Origin: Eledone cirrhosa
Lineage: Eukaryota
NCBI GenBank assembly: GCA_964016885.1
Contig: OZ024746.1
Location: 67,766,001 to 67,830,000 of the forward strand
Reading direction: 5' to 3'
DNA: 64,000 nucleotides
How positions within the stretch are numbered: position 1 is the stretch's first letter; every line of letters starts with the position of its first letter. The notes beneath the pieces were generated by a model that was given only the letters and a program-made list of their open reading frames with translations, did not search any database and had not been told where the DNA came from. Of the stretch, positions 25,401 through 46,184 are shown one piece after another. Both the position numbers and the translations under genes were made by a program.

Positions 25401-28400
25401 GCTTTCACGATTCTCTAGAGAAGCCGGAAGATAGGTAAATATTGCTGATGAGATGTAACAACATCGAAACTAGTCCAATATTCCTTGTCTGGCTTTCTGG
25501 AGAATAGAGGAAAGGTGTTTCCTCAAAAACCAGTATGACTCTAAGAACCGGTTTGTCTGTGTGTCTACATACGGAATAGCTGGACACTCACAGTAAAGTG
25601 ACCAGTGAAAACTCGGTACATCTACATATGTACACGTGTGTGTATTCATATGCATACTAGTATTTCAGTATACATATGTGGATGTACATTTTTAACTTAA
25701 TTGTTTAAGCGTCAGTCATACAAAAGTGAGTTACAAACGAAACGAAATTTAATTTCGTTTCGTTATTTGTTTTTATCGTCTCCGTTGAACCGGTACGTAC
25801 TCACGCTCTATGCAAATTGGTCTGCCCACTACTAATTTTCATAGAAAAAGCATATAACGATATGTGCTTTCACGATTCTCTAGAGAAGCCGGAAGATAGG
25901 TAAATATTGCTGATGAGATGTAACAACATCGAAACTAGTCCAATATTCCTTGTCTGGCTTTCTGGAGAATAGAGGAAAGGTGTTTCCTCAAAAACCAGTA
26001 TGACTCTAAGAACCGGTTTGTCTGCGTGTCTACATACGGAATAGCTGGACACTCACAGTAAAGTGACCAGTGAAAACTCGGTACATCTACATATGTACAC
26101 GTGTGTGTATTCATATGCATACTAGTATTTCAGTATACATATGTGGATGTACATTTTTAACTTAATTGTTTAAGCGTCAGTCATACAAAAGTGAGTTACA
26201 AACGAAACGAAATTTAATTTCGTTTCGTTATTTGTTTTTATCGTCTCCGTTGAACCGGTACGTACTCACGCTCTATGCAAATTGGTCTGCCCACTACTAA
26301 TTTTCATAGAAAAAGCATATAACGATATGTGCTTTCACGATTCTCTAGAGAAGCCGGAAGATAGGTAAATATTGCTGATGAGATGTAACAACATCGAAAC
26401 TAGTCCAATATTCCTTGTCTGGCTTTCTGGAGAATAGAGGAAAGGTGTTTCCTCAAAAACCAGTATGACTCTAAGAACCGGTTTGTCTGTGTGTCTACAT
26501 ACGGAATAGCTGGACACTCACAGTAAAGTGACCAGTGAAAACTCGGTACATCTACATATGTACACGTGTGTGTATTCATATGCATACTAGTATTTCAGTA
26601 TACATATGTGGATGTACATTTTTAACTTAATTGTTTAAGCGTCAGTCATACAAAAGTGAGTTACAAACGAAACGAAATTTAATTTCGTTTCGTTATTTGT
26701 TTTTATCGTCTCCGTTGAACCGGTACGTACTCACGCTCTATGCAAATTGGTCTGCCCACTACTAATTTTCATAGAAAAAGCATATAACGATATGTGCTTT
26801 CACGATTCTCTAGAGAAGCCGGAAGATAGGTAAATATTGCTGATGAGATGTAACAACATCGAAACTAGTCCAATATTCCTTGTCTGGCTTTCTGGAGAAT
26901 AGAGGAAAAGTGTTTCCTCAAAAACCAGTATGACTCTAAGAACCGGTTTGTCTGTGTGTCTACATACGGAATAGCTGGACACTCACAGTAAAGTGACCAG
27001 TGAAAACTCGGTACATCTACATATGTACACGTGTGTGTATTCATATGCATACTAGTATTTCAGTATACATATGTGGATGTACATTTTTAACTTAATTGTT
27101 TAAGCGTCAGTCATACAAAAGTGAGTTACAAACGAAACGAAATTTAATTTCGTTTCGTTATTTGTTTTTATCGTCTCCGTTGAACCGGTACGTACTCACG
27201 CTCTATGCAAATTGGTCTGCCCACTACTAATTTTCATAGAAAAAGCATATAACGATATGTGCTTTCACGATTCTCTAGAGAAGCCGGAAGATAGGTAAAT
27301 ATTGCTGATGAGATGTAACAACATCGAAACTAGTCCAATATTCCTTGTCTGGCTTTCTGGAGAATAGAGGAAAGGTGTTTCCTCAAAAACCAGTATGACT
27401 CTAAGAACCGGTTTGTCTGTGTGTCTACATACGGAATAGCTGGACACTCACAGTAAAGTGACCAGTGAAAACTCGGTACATCTACATATGTACACGTGTG
27501 TGTATTCATATGCATACTAGTATTTCAGTATACATATGTGGATGTACATTTTTAACTTAATTGTTTAAGCGTCAGTCATACAAAAGTGAGTTACAAACGA
27601 AACGAAATTTAATTTCGTTTCGTTATTTGTTTTTATCGTCTCCGTTGAACCGGTACGTACTCACGCTCTATGCAAATTGGTCTGCCCACTACTAATTTTC
27701 ATAGAAAAAGCATATAACGATATGTGCTTTCACGATTCTCTAGAGAAGCCGGAAGATAGGTAAATATTGCTGATGAGATGTAACAACATCGAAACTAGTC
27801 CAATATTCCTTGTCTGGCTTTCTGGAGAATAGAGGAAAGGTGTTTCCTCAAAAACCAGTATGACTCTAAGAACCGGTTTGTCTGTGTGTCTACATACGGA
27901 ATAGCTGGACACTCACAGTAAAGTGACCAGTGAAAACTCGGTACATCTACATATGTACACGTGTGTGTATTCATATGCATACTAGTATTTCAGTATACAT
28001 ATGTGGATGTACATTTTTAACTTAATTGTTTAAGCGTCAGTCATACAAAAGTGAGTTACAAACGAAACGAAATTTAATTTCGTTTCGTTATTTGTTTTTA
28101 TCGTCTCCGTTGAACCGGTACGTACTCACGCTCTATGCAAATTGGTCTGCCCACTACTAATTTTCATAGAAAAAGCATATAACGATATGTGCTTTCACGA
28201 TTCTCTAGAGAAGCCGGAAGATAGGTAAATATTGCTGATGAGATGTAACAACATCGAAACTAGTCCAATATTCCTTGTCTGGCTTTCTGGAGAATAGAGG
28301 AAAGGTGTTTCCTCAAAAACCAGTATGACTCTAAGAACCGGTTTGTCTGTGTGTCTACATACGGAATAGCTGGACACTCACAGTAAAGTGACCAGTGAAA

Positions 28401-28957
28401 ACTCGGTACATCTACATATGTACACGTGTGTGTATTCATATGCATACTAGTATTTCAGTATACATATGTGGATGTACATTTTTAACTTAATTGTTTAAGC
28501 GTCAGTCATACAAAAGTGAGTTACAAACGAAACGAAATTTAATTTCGTTTCGTTATTTGTTTTTATCGTCTCCGTTGAACCGGTACGTACTCACGCTCTA
28601 TGCAAATTGGTCTGCCCACTACTAATTTTCATAGAAAAAGCATATAACGATATGTGCTTTCACGATTCTCTAGAGAAGCCGGAAGATAGGTAAATATTGC
28701 TGATGAGATGTAACAACATCGAAACTAGTCCAATATTCCTTGTCTGGCTTTCTGGAGAATAGAGGAAAGGTGTTTCCTCAAAAACCAGTATGACTCTAAG
28801 AACCGGTTTGTCTGTGTGTCTACATACGGAATAGCTGGACACTCACAGTAAAGTGACCAGTGAAAACTCGGTACATCTACATATGTACACGTGTGTGTAT
28901 TCATATGCATACTAGTATTTCAGTATACATATGTGGATGTACATTTTTAACTTAATT
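19440..28957 (+). repeat. 465-bp hammerhead tandem array, right inverted block (about 20.5 units, ribozymes on the plus strand)
   Basis: Reverse complement of the left block. Only two substitutions were noticed (26025 T>C and 26909 G>A). Confidence 0.97.
19858..19902 (+). ncRNA. Type I hammerhead ribozyme, first of 20 plus-strand copies (every 465 bp to 28693-28737); predicted cleavage after C19895
   Basis: Helix I AAUAUUG/CAAUAUU; core CUGAUGA at 19865-19871; helix II GAUGU-AACA-ACAUC; GAAA at 19886-19889; helix III ACUAGU; GUC triplet. Confidence 0.92.
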
Positions 28958-29012
28958 ATATATATGTGTATGTACATATATATATATATATATATCTATA
29001 TATATGTGTATG

Positions 29013-29050
<38 letters not shown>

Positions 29051-29080
29051 CATGTATATGGATATATGTATATATATATA
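28958..29080. repeat. (TA)n/(TATG) microsatellite, right flank of the array
   Basis: Direct reading of the sequence. Confidence 0.95.
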
Positions 29081-29206
29081 ATGTAGGAGGTGAGTTTTAT
29101 TGTAGTACAATAAAGCAATGCAGATATCGGATAAGAAGCACTCTACAGTTTGTAGGACTGGAGTATACATAATATAAGATCAAAAGATGGTTAAAGGAGT
29201 TCCATG

Positions 29207-29274
29207 TATTTTATTATGCGCATTTCAAAAACAAACATCATGCAATAATATTTGTGTTTTCATCAGATAAAACA
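29207..29274 (-). ncRNA. Type I hammerhead ribozyme, left arm
   Basis: Minus strand reads UGUUUUAU-CUGAUGA-AAACACAAAUAU..AUGUUUGUUUUU-GAAA-UGCGCA-UA^-AUAAAAUA. Confidence 0.8.
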
Positions 29275-29455
29275 GGAGAACATGATATGAAGGCTAAAAA
29301 ACACTTGTGGGTAGTGCAGTTTTAAATCAACATGAAACAGGAGAACATGATATGAAGGCTAAAAAACACTTGTGGATAGTGCAGTTTTAAATCAACATGT
29401 TGATTTAAAACTGCACTACCCACAAGTGTTTTTTAGCCTTCATATCATGTTCTCC

Positions 29456-29526
29456 TGTTTTATCTGATGAAAACACAAATATTATTGCATGATGATGTTT
29501 GTTTTTGAAATGCGCATAATAAAATA
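29456..29526 (+). ncRNA. Type I hammerhead ribozyme, right arm; predicted cleavage after A29518
   Basis: UGUUUUAU-CUGAUGA-(helix II 29471-29506)-GAAA-UGCGCA-UA^-AUAAAAUA, with palindromic helix III AUGCGCAU. Confidence 0.8.
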
Positions 29527-29589
29527 CATGGAACTCCTTTAACCATCTTTTGATCTTATATTATGTATATATATATATATATGTACATG

Positions 29590-29626
<37 letters not shown>

Positions 29627-29703
29627 GTACATGTATATATATATATGTATATATATATATGTACATGTATATATATATATATGTATATATATATATGTAC
29701 ATG

Positions 29704-29734
<31 letters not shown>

Positions 29735-29867
29735 GTACATGTATATATATATATATGTACATGTATAATACATGTATATATATATGTATATATATATATA
29801 TGTATATATATATGTACATGTATGTATGTATGTATGTATGTATGTATGTATGTATGTATGTATATGT

Positions 29868-30000
29868 GAAGGCCCATGGCTTAGTGGTTAGAGCATTGGC
29901 GTTGCAATCAAAAGGCTGTAAGTTCAATTCTCAGACCGGGTGATATGTTGTTTCCTTGAGCAAGACACATTATTTCACATTGCTCAGCTGTAGAAATGAG
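29868..30000 (+). mobile_element. tRNA-derived SINE
   Basis: Box A tggcttagtggttagagc, box B-like aagttcaattc, and body tccttgagcaagacac. Confidence 0.7.
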
Positions 30001-30019
30001 ATGATAGGACTGGGGTCTC

Positions 30020-30297
30020 TATCATTCCACTGCAAAGTGGTCATGGAGGTGCCACGGGAAAAAAAGCACCCAGCCCACACTGTAAAGTGGACATGTAGGT
30101 GTCATGGAAAAAAAAGCACCAAGCACTCACTGTAAATGAGGTTGGTGTTAGGAATGGCATCCAGCTGTAGAAATCAATCCAGAATCAGTTCCCATATGAA
30201 CAAGACAAGGTCAGCCGACCGGACACTTCCCACAACAGGACAACCCGTCTAACCCATGCTAGCATGGAAGAATGGTCATAAAACGATGATGATGATG
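30020..30297 (+). mobile_element. RTE LINE 3' UTR fragment with (GAT)n tail
   Basis: Homologous to the RTE 3' ends at 50820-51080 (reverse) and 54280-54526. Confidence 0.75.
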
Positions 30298-30594
30298 TAT
30301 ATAGATATATATATGTATATATATATATATATGTATATATATATGTATATATGTATATGTATATATGTATATGTACATGTGTATATATGTATATATATGT
30401 GTATGTATATATGTATTTATGTGTATATGTGTATGTATATATATATATATATATATACATGTACATGTATATTTATGTGTATATATGTATGTGTATGTAT
30501 ATATATATATATGTACATGTATATACATACGTACATATGTATATAGATATGTACATGTATATATGTATATATACAGGATATGTATATATATATA

Positions 30595-31290
30595 CAGAGT
30601 GCAGACAATATTTGCTCGCAAGGTTACTGTCTAGGAAAAAATAACACAGTAGTTTTATTTTTTAAGATTTATTTATCAAACTTGGGTCAGTTTGTCTTCA
30701 TGACTTGTTCTTTCGATCTCACTCGATAAATCCTCCATTGGCTTTGATGACGGCCTCAAAGCGGCCTCGGAATCGGCTACAGGCTATCGTTACTGTCCGC
30801 CGACTTAGGCCCCTAAAAGCACTTGTGATCCTGACCTTCAGATCGTCTTTCGTATTGCAGCTAGATCTGTTGGTGTCTCGTTCCACTGCACCCCCACACA
30901 AAGAAGTCGAGGGGGTTGCAGCCAGGCGAGCTGGGAGGCCAGATGTCAGGTGAAGTGTGGTTGACGAAGTTCTCTGGCAGCCAGGCTTGGGCCTTTCGGC
31001 TGGTATGGCAAGGTGCTGAGTCTTGTTGTCACACGTACGGCCTACCTGCAGCTACCTGGTCGATCCAGGGCTTTACTACCTCGCTCAGAACGCGGATGTA
31101 GCCATCGGTGTTCAACTTGAGGCCCTCAGGGAAGAAGTGAGGTGGCATGACGTCACCTTGACTGCTGACGACACCTAAGACCAATGTTATCACAGGAAAC
31201 TTTGTCTGCATGACTCTGGGCACGTCTTTGGATGAGACAGCGAACCACCTGTTCTGGGAGTTGATCTTCTGGTCTTATTTGTCCTCCCGG
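30595..31290 (-). mobile_element. maT/DD37D Tc1-mariner transposon, 3' part, pseudogenised
   Basis: VLGVVSSQGDVMPPHFF...KPWID...YV*QQDSAPCHTS...WPPSSPGCNPLDFFVWG. Exactly 37 residues separate the catalytic D of QQDSAP from the D of NPLD. The end reads TA|CAGAGTG, and the 5' part is interrupted by the PLE. Confidence 0.85.
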
Positions 31291-31300
31291 CGTGGATTCC

Positions 31301-35215
<3,915 letters not shown>

Positions 35216-35683
35216 GAAAGATTTGAATGGATACAGTTTAGTTGAAAGGAATTTATTGACACGTGTTTCTATAACAGTTACATAACCTAAAACAGCTATC
35301 TACAAACTTTTAGTTATGCAGACATTCAATATTTCAATGTTATTGTTTACTGTCATTTCATCAGAATAATATTACTGAGGACCTATTTAGTTTTTATAGA
35401 GAATATTAGGAGGAAGGGGTGAAGTTGTTAGAAGAATAGTTGAAGGAGTGGTTTTTCGATAGCAGTGAGAATTCTTGGTGGCAGTGATTAATTAGATTCC
35501 CATCTGTTGTTTTGACATTTTTTATAGAATATATTATTGGTTATTTTTCTAAATCTATAGAAGGATTAGAGATAGTAAAGATATGCGTGGTTGGTTTTGT
35601 GTTTGCACTTAACATTCAGACTTAAATTTTTCTTTCAAGTGTACGTATTCTTTCACCCACGCATTCACACACAAATATATTTG
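35216..35683 (-). mobile_element. Probable PLE 3' end (pLTR), cut by the assembly gap
   Basis: The minus strand has LNVKCKHKTNHAYLYYL*, resembling a PLE C-terminus, followed by a UTR containing a hammerhead. Confidence 0.5.
35253..35369 (-). ncRNA. Type I hammerhead ribozyme with long helix II
   Basis: UUAUU-CUGAUGA-A/AUGACAGU...ACUGUUAU/A-GAAA-CACGUG-UC^-AAUAA, with palindromic helix III ACACGUGU. Confidence 0.7.
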
Positions 35684-35883
35684 NNNNNNNNNNNNNNNNN
35701 NNNNNNNNNNNNNNNNNNNNNNNNNNNNNNNNNNNNNNNNNNNNNNNNNNNNNNNNNNNNNNNNNNNNNNNNNNNNNNNNNNNNNNNNNNNNNNNNNNNN
35801 NNNNNNNNNNNNNNNNNNNNNNNNNNNNNNNNNNNNNNNNNNNNNNNNNNNNNNNNNNNNNNNNNNNNNNNNNNNNNNNNNNN
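35684..35883. other. Assembly gap (200 N)
   Basis: Run of N. Confidence 1.
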
Positions 35884-40475
<4,592 letters not shown>

Positions 40476-40477
40476 AC

Positions 40478-40628
40478 TACGACTGGGTACTGAGACAACT
40501 ACTAGACAGCTCACATGTGGACGTGATATATCTTGACTTTGCGAAGGCCTTTGGACAAGGTCGACCACGGAATGATATGTCACAAACTACACGGATTCGG
40601 CATAACTGGAAAAGTAGGTGAGTGGCTG
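40478..40628 (+). mobile_element. CR1-like LINE RT fragment
   Basis: VDVIYLDFAKAF/DKVDH..HKL..FGITGKVGEWL, with a frameshift. Confidence 0.7.
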
Positions 40629-41574
40629 TAGGGGGTTGTATCGATGAACATTACACCCATAGAGGTGAATTAGCTTACAAATTTAGAAGGGCCTTAGATA
40701 AACATAAACTCAATATTAAGATAGTAGAAAGACCAGGTACCTCCTTAAAAACACTTATTAGCAAGACATCCTCTTTTCAAAGACCCTCATGTATAGATAA
40801 GAAATGTATAACCTGTAAAATAAGCCCCTATATTAACTGTAAAACTAGAAATGTAGTGTATAGCATAAGATGTACTAAAGGACAATGTAGTGACAAAAAT
40901 ATAGTGTACATAGGTGAGACAGCGCGTAGTGTAGGGGAACGGATAAATGAACACTGGCGAGACCTTCAAGATAGTAAAGAATCATTTGCACTCTACCAAC
41001 ATGCTAAAATAGAACACAAGGGTAAATTAGAGAACATAGAAATAAAAATAGAATCTACACACAGAAAACACGCAATGTTTAGACAAATCACATAGGCAAT
41101 AAATATAAAAGAATTACAACCAAAATTAAATAGAAAATATGAGTGGAACAGCAACATCACAACTTACAATTAAGGACAAAATGAAAACACACACACACAT
41201 AGAACAAACAACCAACCAGTAACATGTAAATAAATAAACAAATAAATAAATGAACATAAACACACACAGACTCCCGGATGTGGCGCATACGCAGACTGAG
41301 CACACAACACACACACAGAAACAAAATGGCGTAGGACAGAACAAAGGAGAGGCACAGAAACAAAGAAAGGAATCCCCAGTCACTGAAGAGGTCACAGAGT
41401 GTGTGACAAAAGAACTATGACAATATATAAACAGCTATCTGGTTGTGGAACCAACCAACCAACCAGAAATTTATAAATTTATAAATTTATTATAAATTTA
41501 TTATAATAAATTGAAGTGAAAGCAACTGGTGCGTGTGTTTCTTATTGGCAACATGACCCTCCCAAAGTATAACA

Positions 41575-41575
<1 letters not shown>
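40626..41575 (+). mobile_element. Penelope-like element 3' part (GIY-YIG ORF plus pLTR)
   Basis: ORF 40622-41095 reads C..C..C...CKTRNVVYSIRCTKGQC...VYIGETARSVGERINEH...ALYQH. A degenerate hammerhead lies at 41379-41421 (GUCA-CUGAAGA-..-AAAA-..-UGAC), and the element ends in (TA)n. Confidence 0.85.
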
Positions 41576-41610
<35 letters not shown>

Positions 41611-41611
41611 G

Positions 41612-41660
<49 letters not shown>

Positions 41661-41661
41661 G

Positions 41662-41861
<200 letters not shown>

Positions 41862-41867
41862 CATATG

Positions 41868-41899
<32 letters not shown>

Positions 41900-42100
41900 C
41901 ATATATATATATATGTATATATATATACATATATATATATATGTATATATATATATGTATATATATATACATATATATATATATGTATATATATATACAT
42001 ATATATATATATGTATATATATATACATATATATATATACATATATATATATATATGTATATATATATATGTATATATATATGTATGTATATATATATAT

Positions 42101-43324
42101 TGATTTCAGCAAGTCCTTTGTCAGGGTTGATCACAACATTCTACTGAGAAAGCTGTCCAATATTGGTGTCACTGGAAGGCTGCTGCAGTGGATCAAGTGC
42201 TTCCTGTCAAACAGAACCCAACATGTTGTAGTTGAAGGAGTCAAATCCAGCCCAGCCAAAGTCAGTAGTGGGGTCCCACAAGGCACTGTGTTGGGCCCAC
42301 TTCTCTTCATCATCTATATTAATGACATCACTGACATCATCAAACACAGCAACATTAGAATTTTTGCTGATGATTCCAAGCTCCAAAAGGTCATCAATGG
42401 CGTGGATGACCGGATAAGCCTTCAGTCAGTCCTACTGGCTGTTACCCAATGGGCGGAAAAGAACAACATGTTACTGAACGAAGAGAAATTCGAACTGATC
42501 CACTTTGGAAAAGAGGATGCTCTGAAACTCCCATACTCCCTTCCCTCCCGTGAAACTCTCATGGCATCTAACAACATCAGAGACTTGGGAGTAACCGTGA
42601 ACAGCAACATAAGCTGGGCCACGCATATAAGCAGCAAAGTTGACATGGTCCGCAGAATGTGTTCCTGGATCCTCAGAACCTTCCAGTCGAGAGATTCCCA
42701 CACCATTATCCTTCTCTTCTCCACTTTTGCCCGACCACACCTTGAATACTGTTGTCCACTGTGGTCTCCCCACAGGAAACAAAGTATCATGAAACTTGAA
42801 GCTCCCCAAAGGGCAATCACGAAAAAGATAGATGGCATGTCAGACCTTGGGGTCGACTAGAAAAGCTGAAACTTTACTCACTCCAACGTCGCCGTGAGCG
42901 TTATATTATCTGCATGATGTGGAAAATGTTTCATCAGCACTGCCCAAATGATGTTGGCATCACCTTCAAAATACACCCAAGGCTTGGGCCCCGTGCTATC
43001 CATCCCAAACAAAAATCTAAATCGCAACACATAACAACAATACGACACAATTATTTCACCTCAATTGGCCCTGCTCTCTTCAACATCACACCAGGACACG
43101 TCAAAACAGAAACTGACCACACAAAATTCAAGAAGTCTTTGGACAAATTCCTCCAAGTAATCACGGACAAACCACCCGGATATGTCTCCTCAAACAGTAA
43201 TTCTCTTCTCGAATGGGCCATGGTGCCCAAATCCTGAGTTGAAAGACTTCGCCAGGTGGTGCTATTAAGTTAGACATGGCCTGGGCCAATACTGACCAAA
43301 ACATTTCAAAGTTATTCAAAGTTA
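42101..43324 (+). mobile_element. CR1-group LINE, 5'-truncated, inserted in (TA)n
   Basis: [11 protein letters not shown]...[20 protein letters not shown]...IFADDSKL...RDLGV...[13 protein letters not shown], with a frameshift near 42850 and a short caaagtta(tt) 3' repeat. Confidence 0.9.
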
Positions 43325-43416
43325 TATATATGTTATATATATATATATACATACATATATATATATATACATACATATATATATATATATACATACATAT
43401 ATATATATATACATAC

Positions 43417-43468
<52 letters not shown>

Positions 43469-43579
43469 GTATATATATATATATATGTGTACATGTATAT
43501 ATATATATATGTACATATATATATATATATATGTACATATATATATATATGTATATATATATGTAAATGTATAATATCT

Positions 43580-45613
43580 GAAGAGACTTGTGGCTGGAGT
43601 AATCTCCAATGAGACAGATGGTGACCTGGTAGTGGAACAGCATGGTAGGTAGAGCCATTAAAGACAAAAGACAAGGGTGGGGGTAAAGATCGATACTCAG
43701 CCGCTAAAAGAGAGGCTAGATGTCAAGTACACTTAGCACGCAGGGAAGCTGAGAGTAGAATATTTTCCTATGTTCTGCAACTAGAAGATCAGAGATGTGC
43801 GGTGTTCCACATTGCAAGGCAATGTGTCAGTTTAAATCAGGATGTTGTTGAAGATAAGTTTCTTTGAAATTATGCCGGTGTACTTAGAGTCACTGATGCT
43901 GAAAAAAAGGAGGCCTGGAAATGTCATTATGAGAGACTGATGAATGGGAGAGAGAGAAACTGTCCCCAGAAGACCCAACAGAGGTACCAGCTATTGAGAT
44001 TCATGACTATAGGGTCAAAGGCAATTAAGGAAATGAAAAGTGGTAAGGCCACTGGACCATCAGGGATAGTTACTGAGATGCTGAAGGCATCAGAAGTAGG
44101 AACTAAACTGGTTGCAAGCATAGTCAATCAAGCTATATATGGCGGAGTCATACCCAAAGACTGGTGCAGCAGTTATTCTTATAAATTGCTACAAAGGTAA
44201 AGAGGTTGCTCTGTGAAGGAGCAATTATAGGGGCATAAAACTATGGATCAGGTTATGAAAGTGACAGAAAGAATGCTAGCACAATAATTAGAGAAAGGTT
44301 CAAATTAGATGAGATGCAATTTGGTTTTGTGCCAGGGAAAAGTACAACAGAAGCCCTCTTCTTAGGGAGACAACTACAAGAGAGGTTCTTAGAGAAGAAT
44401 AAGCCACTATACTTAGCTTTTGTTGACATAGAAAAGGCCTTTGATAGGGTACACCGATCTGTCATCTGGTGGTCCCTAAGGAAACTAGGTGTAGAGGAAT
44501 GGCTTGTGAGGACAATGCAAGCTATGTACAGAGGAGCTGTCAGTAAAGTGAGAGTAGGAATGGAGTTTAGTGAGGAATTCCAGATACAAGTAGGAGTGTA
44601 TCAGGGTTCGGTCCTCAGCCCACTCTTATTCATTATAGTTCTCCAAGCCATAACAGGAGTTTAAGACTGGCTGCCCATGGGAACTTTTCTATGCTGATGA
44701 TCTGGTACTTATAGCAGAATCAATAGAGGAGCTAGAGAATAAATTCTGGCTATGGAAACAGCAGTTGAAATCAAGAGGACTGAGAGTGAACATAGCTAAG
44801 TAGGAAAGAGGACAAAACTCTGATTCCATCAGGGAAATGGCCATGTTCGATATGTAGAAAAGGAGTTGGCATAAATTCTATAGAATGTACACAATGCAGA
44901 TCTTGGATACACAAGAGGTGGAGTGGGATAGCAGGAAAACTAACAGGTAGAGAAAACTACATATACAGTAGATGTTCAGGGAAATTTGATAGAAGTGACA
45001 ATGATAGAAACATTTTCCAAATGCAGGTAGGATCTAAAGAGGTGGCTGATAGCTTCTGATACCTAGGTGATCAGATTAGCAAGGGAGGACGGTGCTCCGA
45101 GGCCTAGAATAAGGACGGGCTGAAAGAAATTTAGGGTGCTGTTTCCTCTGTTGACAAAGAAGGGTTTCTTCCTATAAAGGAAAGGCCTGTTATATGATAC
45201 CTCTGTGAGATGCCTGATGCTGCATGGTAGTGAGACATGGGCAACAACTGCGGAGAGAAATGAAACGAGCATGTTCCGATGGATGTTAATGTGCGTGAAC
45301 GACCAAGCATAGATTAGTTGAGAGAGAAACTGTAGTGTGCGGGAGAGAAGACTGCATTAGTATGGACATGTGATGTGCATGGAGGATGACCGTTGGGTAA
45401 AGAAGTGCTAAGAAATCCCAGTAGAAGGAAAACGCAGTAGAGGAAGATCACGAATATCATGGGGGGGGGGGGGAGGTGGTGAGAGCTGACCTCAGATTGC
45501 TGAAGCTCACAGAGGAGATGATGAAGGACCATGACAAATGGAGAGATGATGTGCTGAAAAGGACCCGTCCCACCCTTGCAAGCAAGGAAAAGTGGACATA
45601 AAATGATGATGAT
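43580..45613 (+). mobile_element. RTE-clade LINE, degraded
   Basis: MKSGKATGPSGI, QFGFVPGKSTTEA, AFVDIEKAFDRV, QGSVLSPLLF and YADDL are interrupted by many stops; (GAT)n tail. Confidence 0.9.
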
Positions 45614-45759
45614 ATATATATGCACACATATATATTGATATGAAACAAATGCTAGTATAAACTTTTATTTCTGAATATTTGAATCACAAGGCTGCATTCA
45701 ATGGTAAATATGGTAATGCTAGTACATATTACTTAATATCCAGAGAGCATATATATATT

Positions 45760-46108
45760 CTCCTGGGCCTCGGTGCTGCGAAAACTGAAACGATCTTCCT
45801 CTCAATGAAGCCTGCGCAGTGCACTCTACATGTGAATGGAGTTCCACTGAAGCAGGTGCAGAAGTTCACATATTTTGAGGTCATATTTTGAGGTCATGTT
45901 TACGAGTGATTGCAGGCATGAGGTTGAATAAAGTGCAAGAATCACTGGTCAGTGATGGTTGGATAACATCCATGAGCTTGGCTGGTCTCGCCTAGGGATC
46001 CAGCCTGATTAGTTGGAGACGGTTGCTTCTGACAGGATCTGTTGGAAGGAGTGTTTGAGGACTCTTCCCCCATGACCCTCTCTGGAATAAGTGGGCAAAG
46101 AAGAAGAT
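45760..46108 (+). mobile_element. RTE-like LINE fragment with (GAA)n tail
   Basis: KTETIFLS..P..C.LHVNGVPLKQVQKFTY matches the RT thumb region. Confidence 0.55.
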
Positions 46109-46184
46109 ATTCATATTTTTCATATACATATTCTATATTGTTAATGGAAATATTTGTAGTACATACAATAGTGAGTTGTTAAAT

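Larger units (their letters stand above)
29164..29568. mobile_element. Palindromic mini-element made of two head-to-head hammerhead pLTR-like arms
   Basis: Zero-spacer palindrome centred at 29397/29398 (aacatgtt). The left arm has a 65-bp internal tandem duplication (29270-29334 and 29335-29399). Confidence 0.8.

Noticed and set aside
14553-28910. Repeated 60/61-aa ORFs in every 465-bp unit
   Set aside because: Short, overlapping, without domain features and antisense to the ribozyme; they are by-products of the repeat.
14435-28957. CRISPR array, or tandem snRNA/U7/5S/tRNA gene cluster
   Set aside because: There are no variable spacers and the context is eukaryotic. U7-like words (GGCTTTCTGG, CTTCTCTAG) lack a proper Sm site plus terminal hairpin and are explained by the extended helix I.
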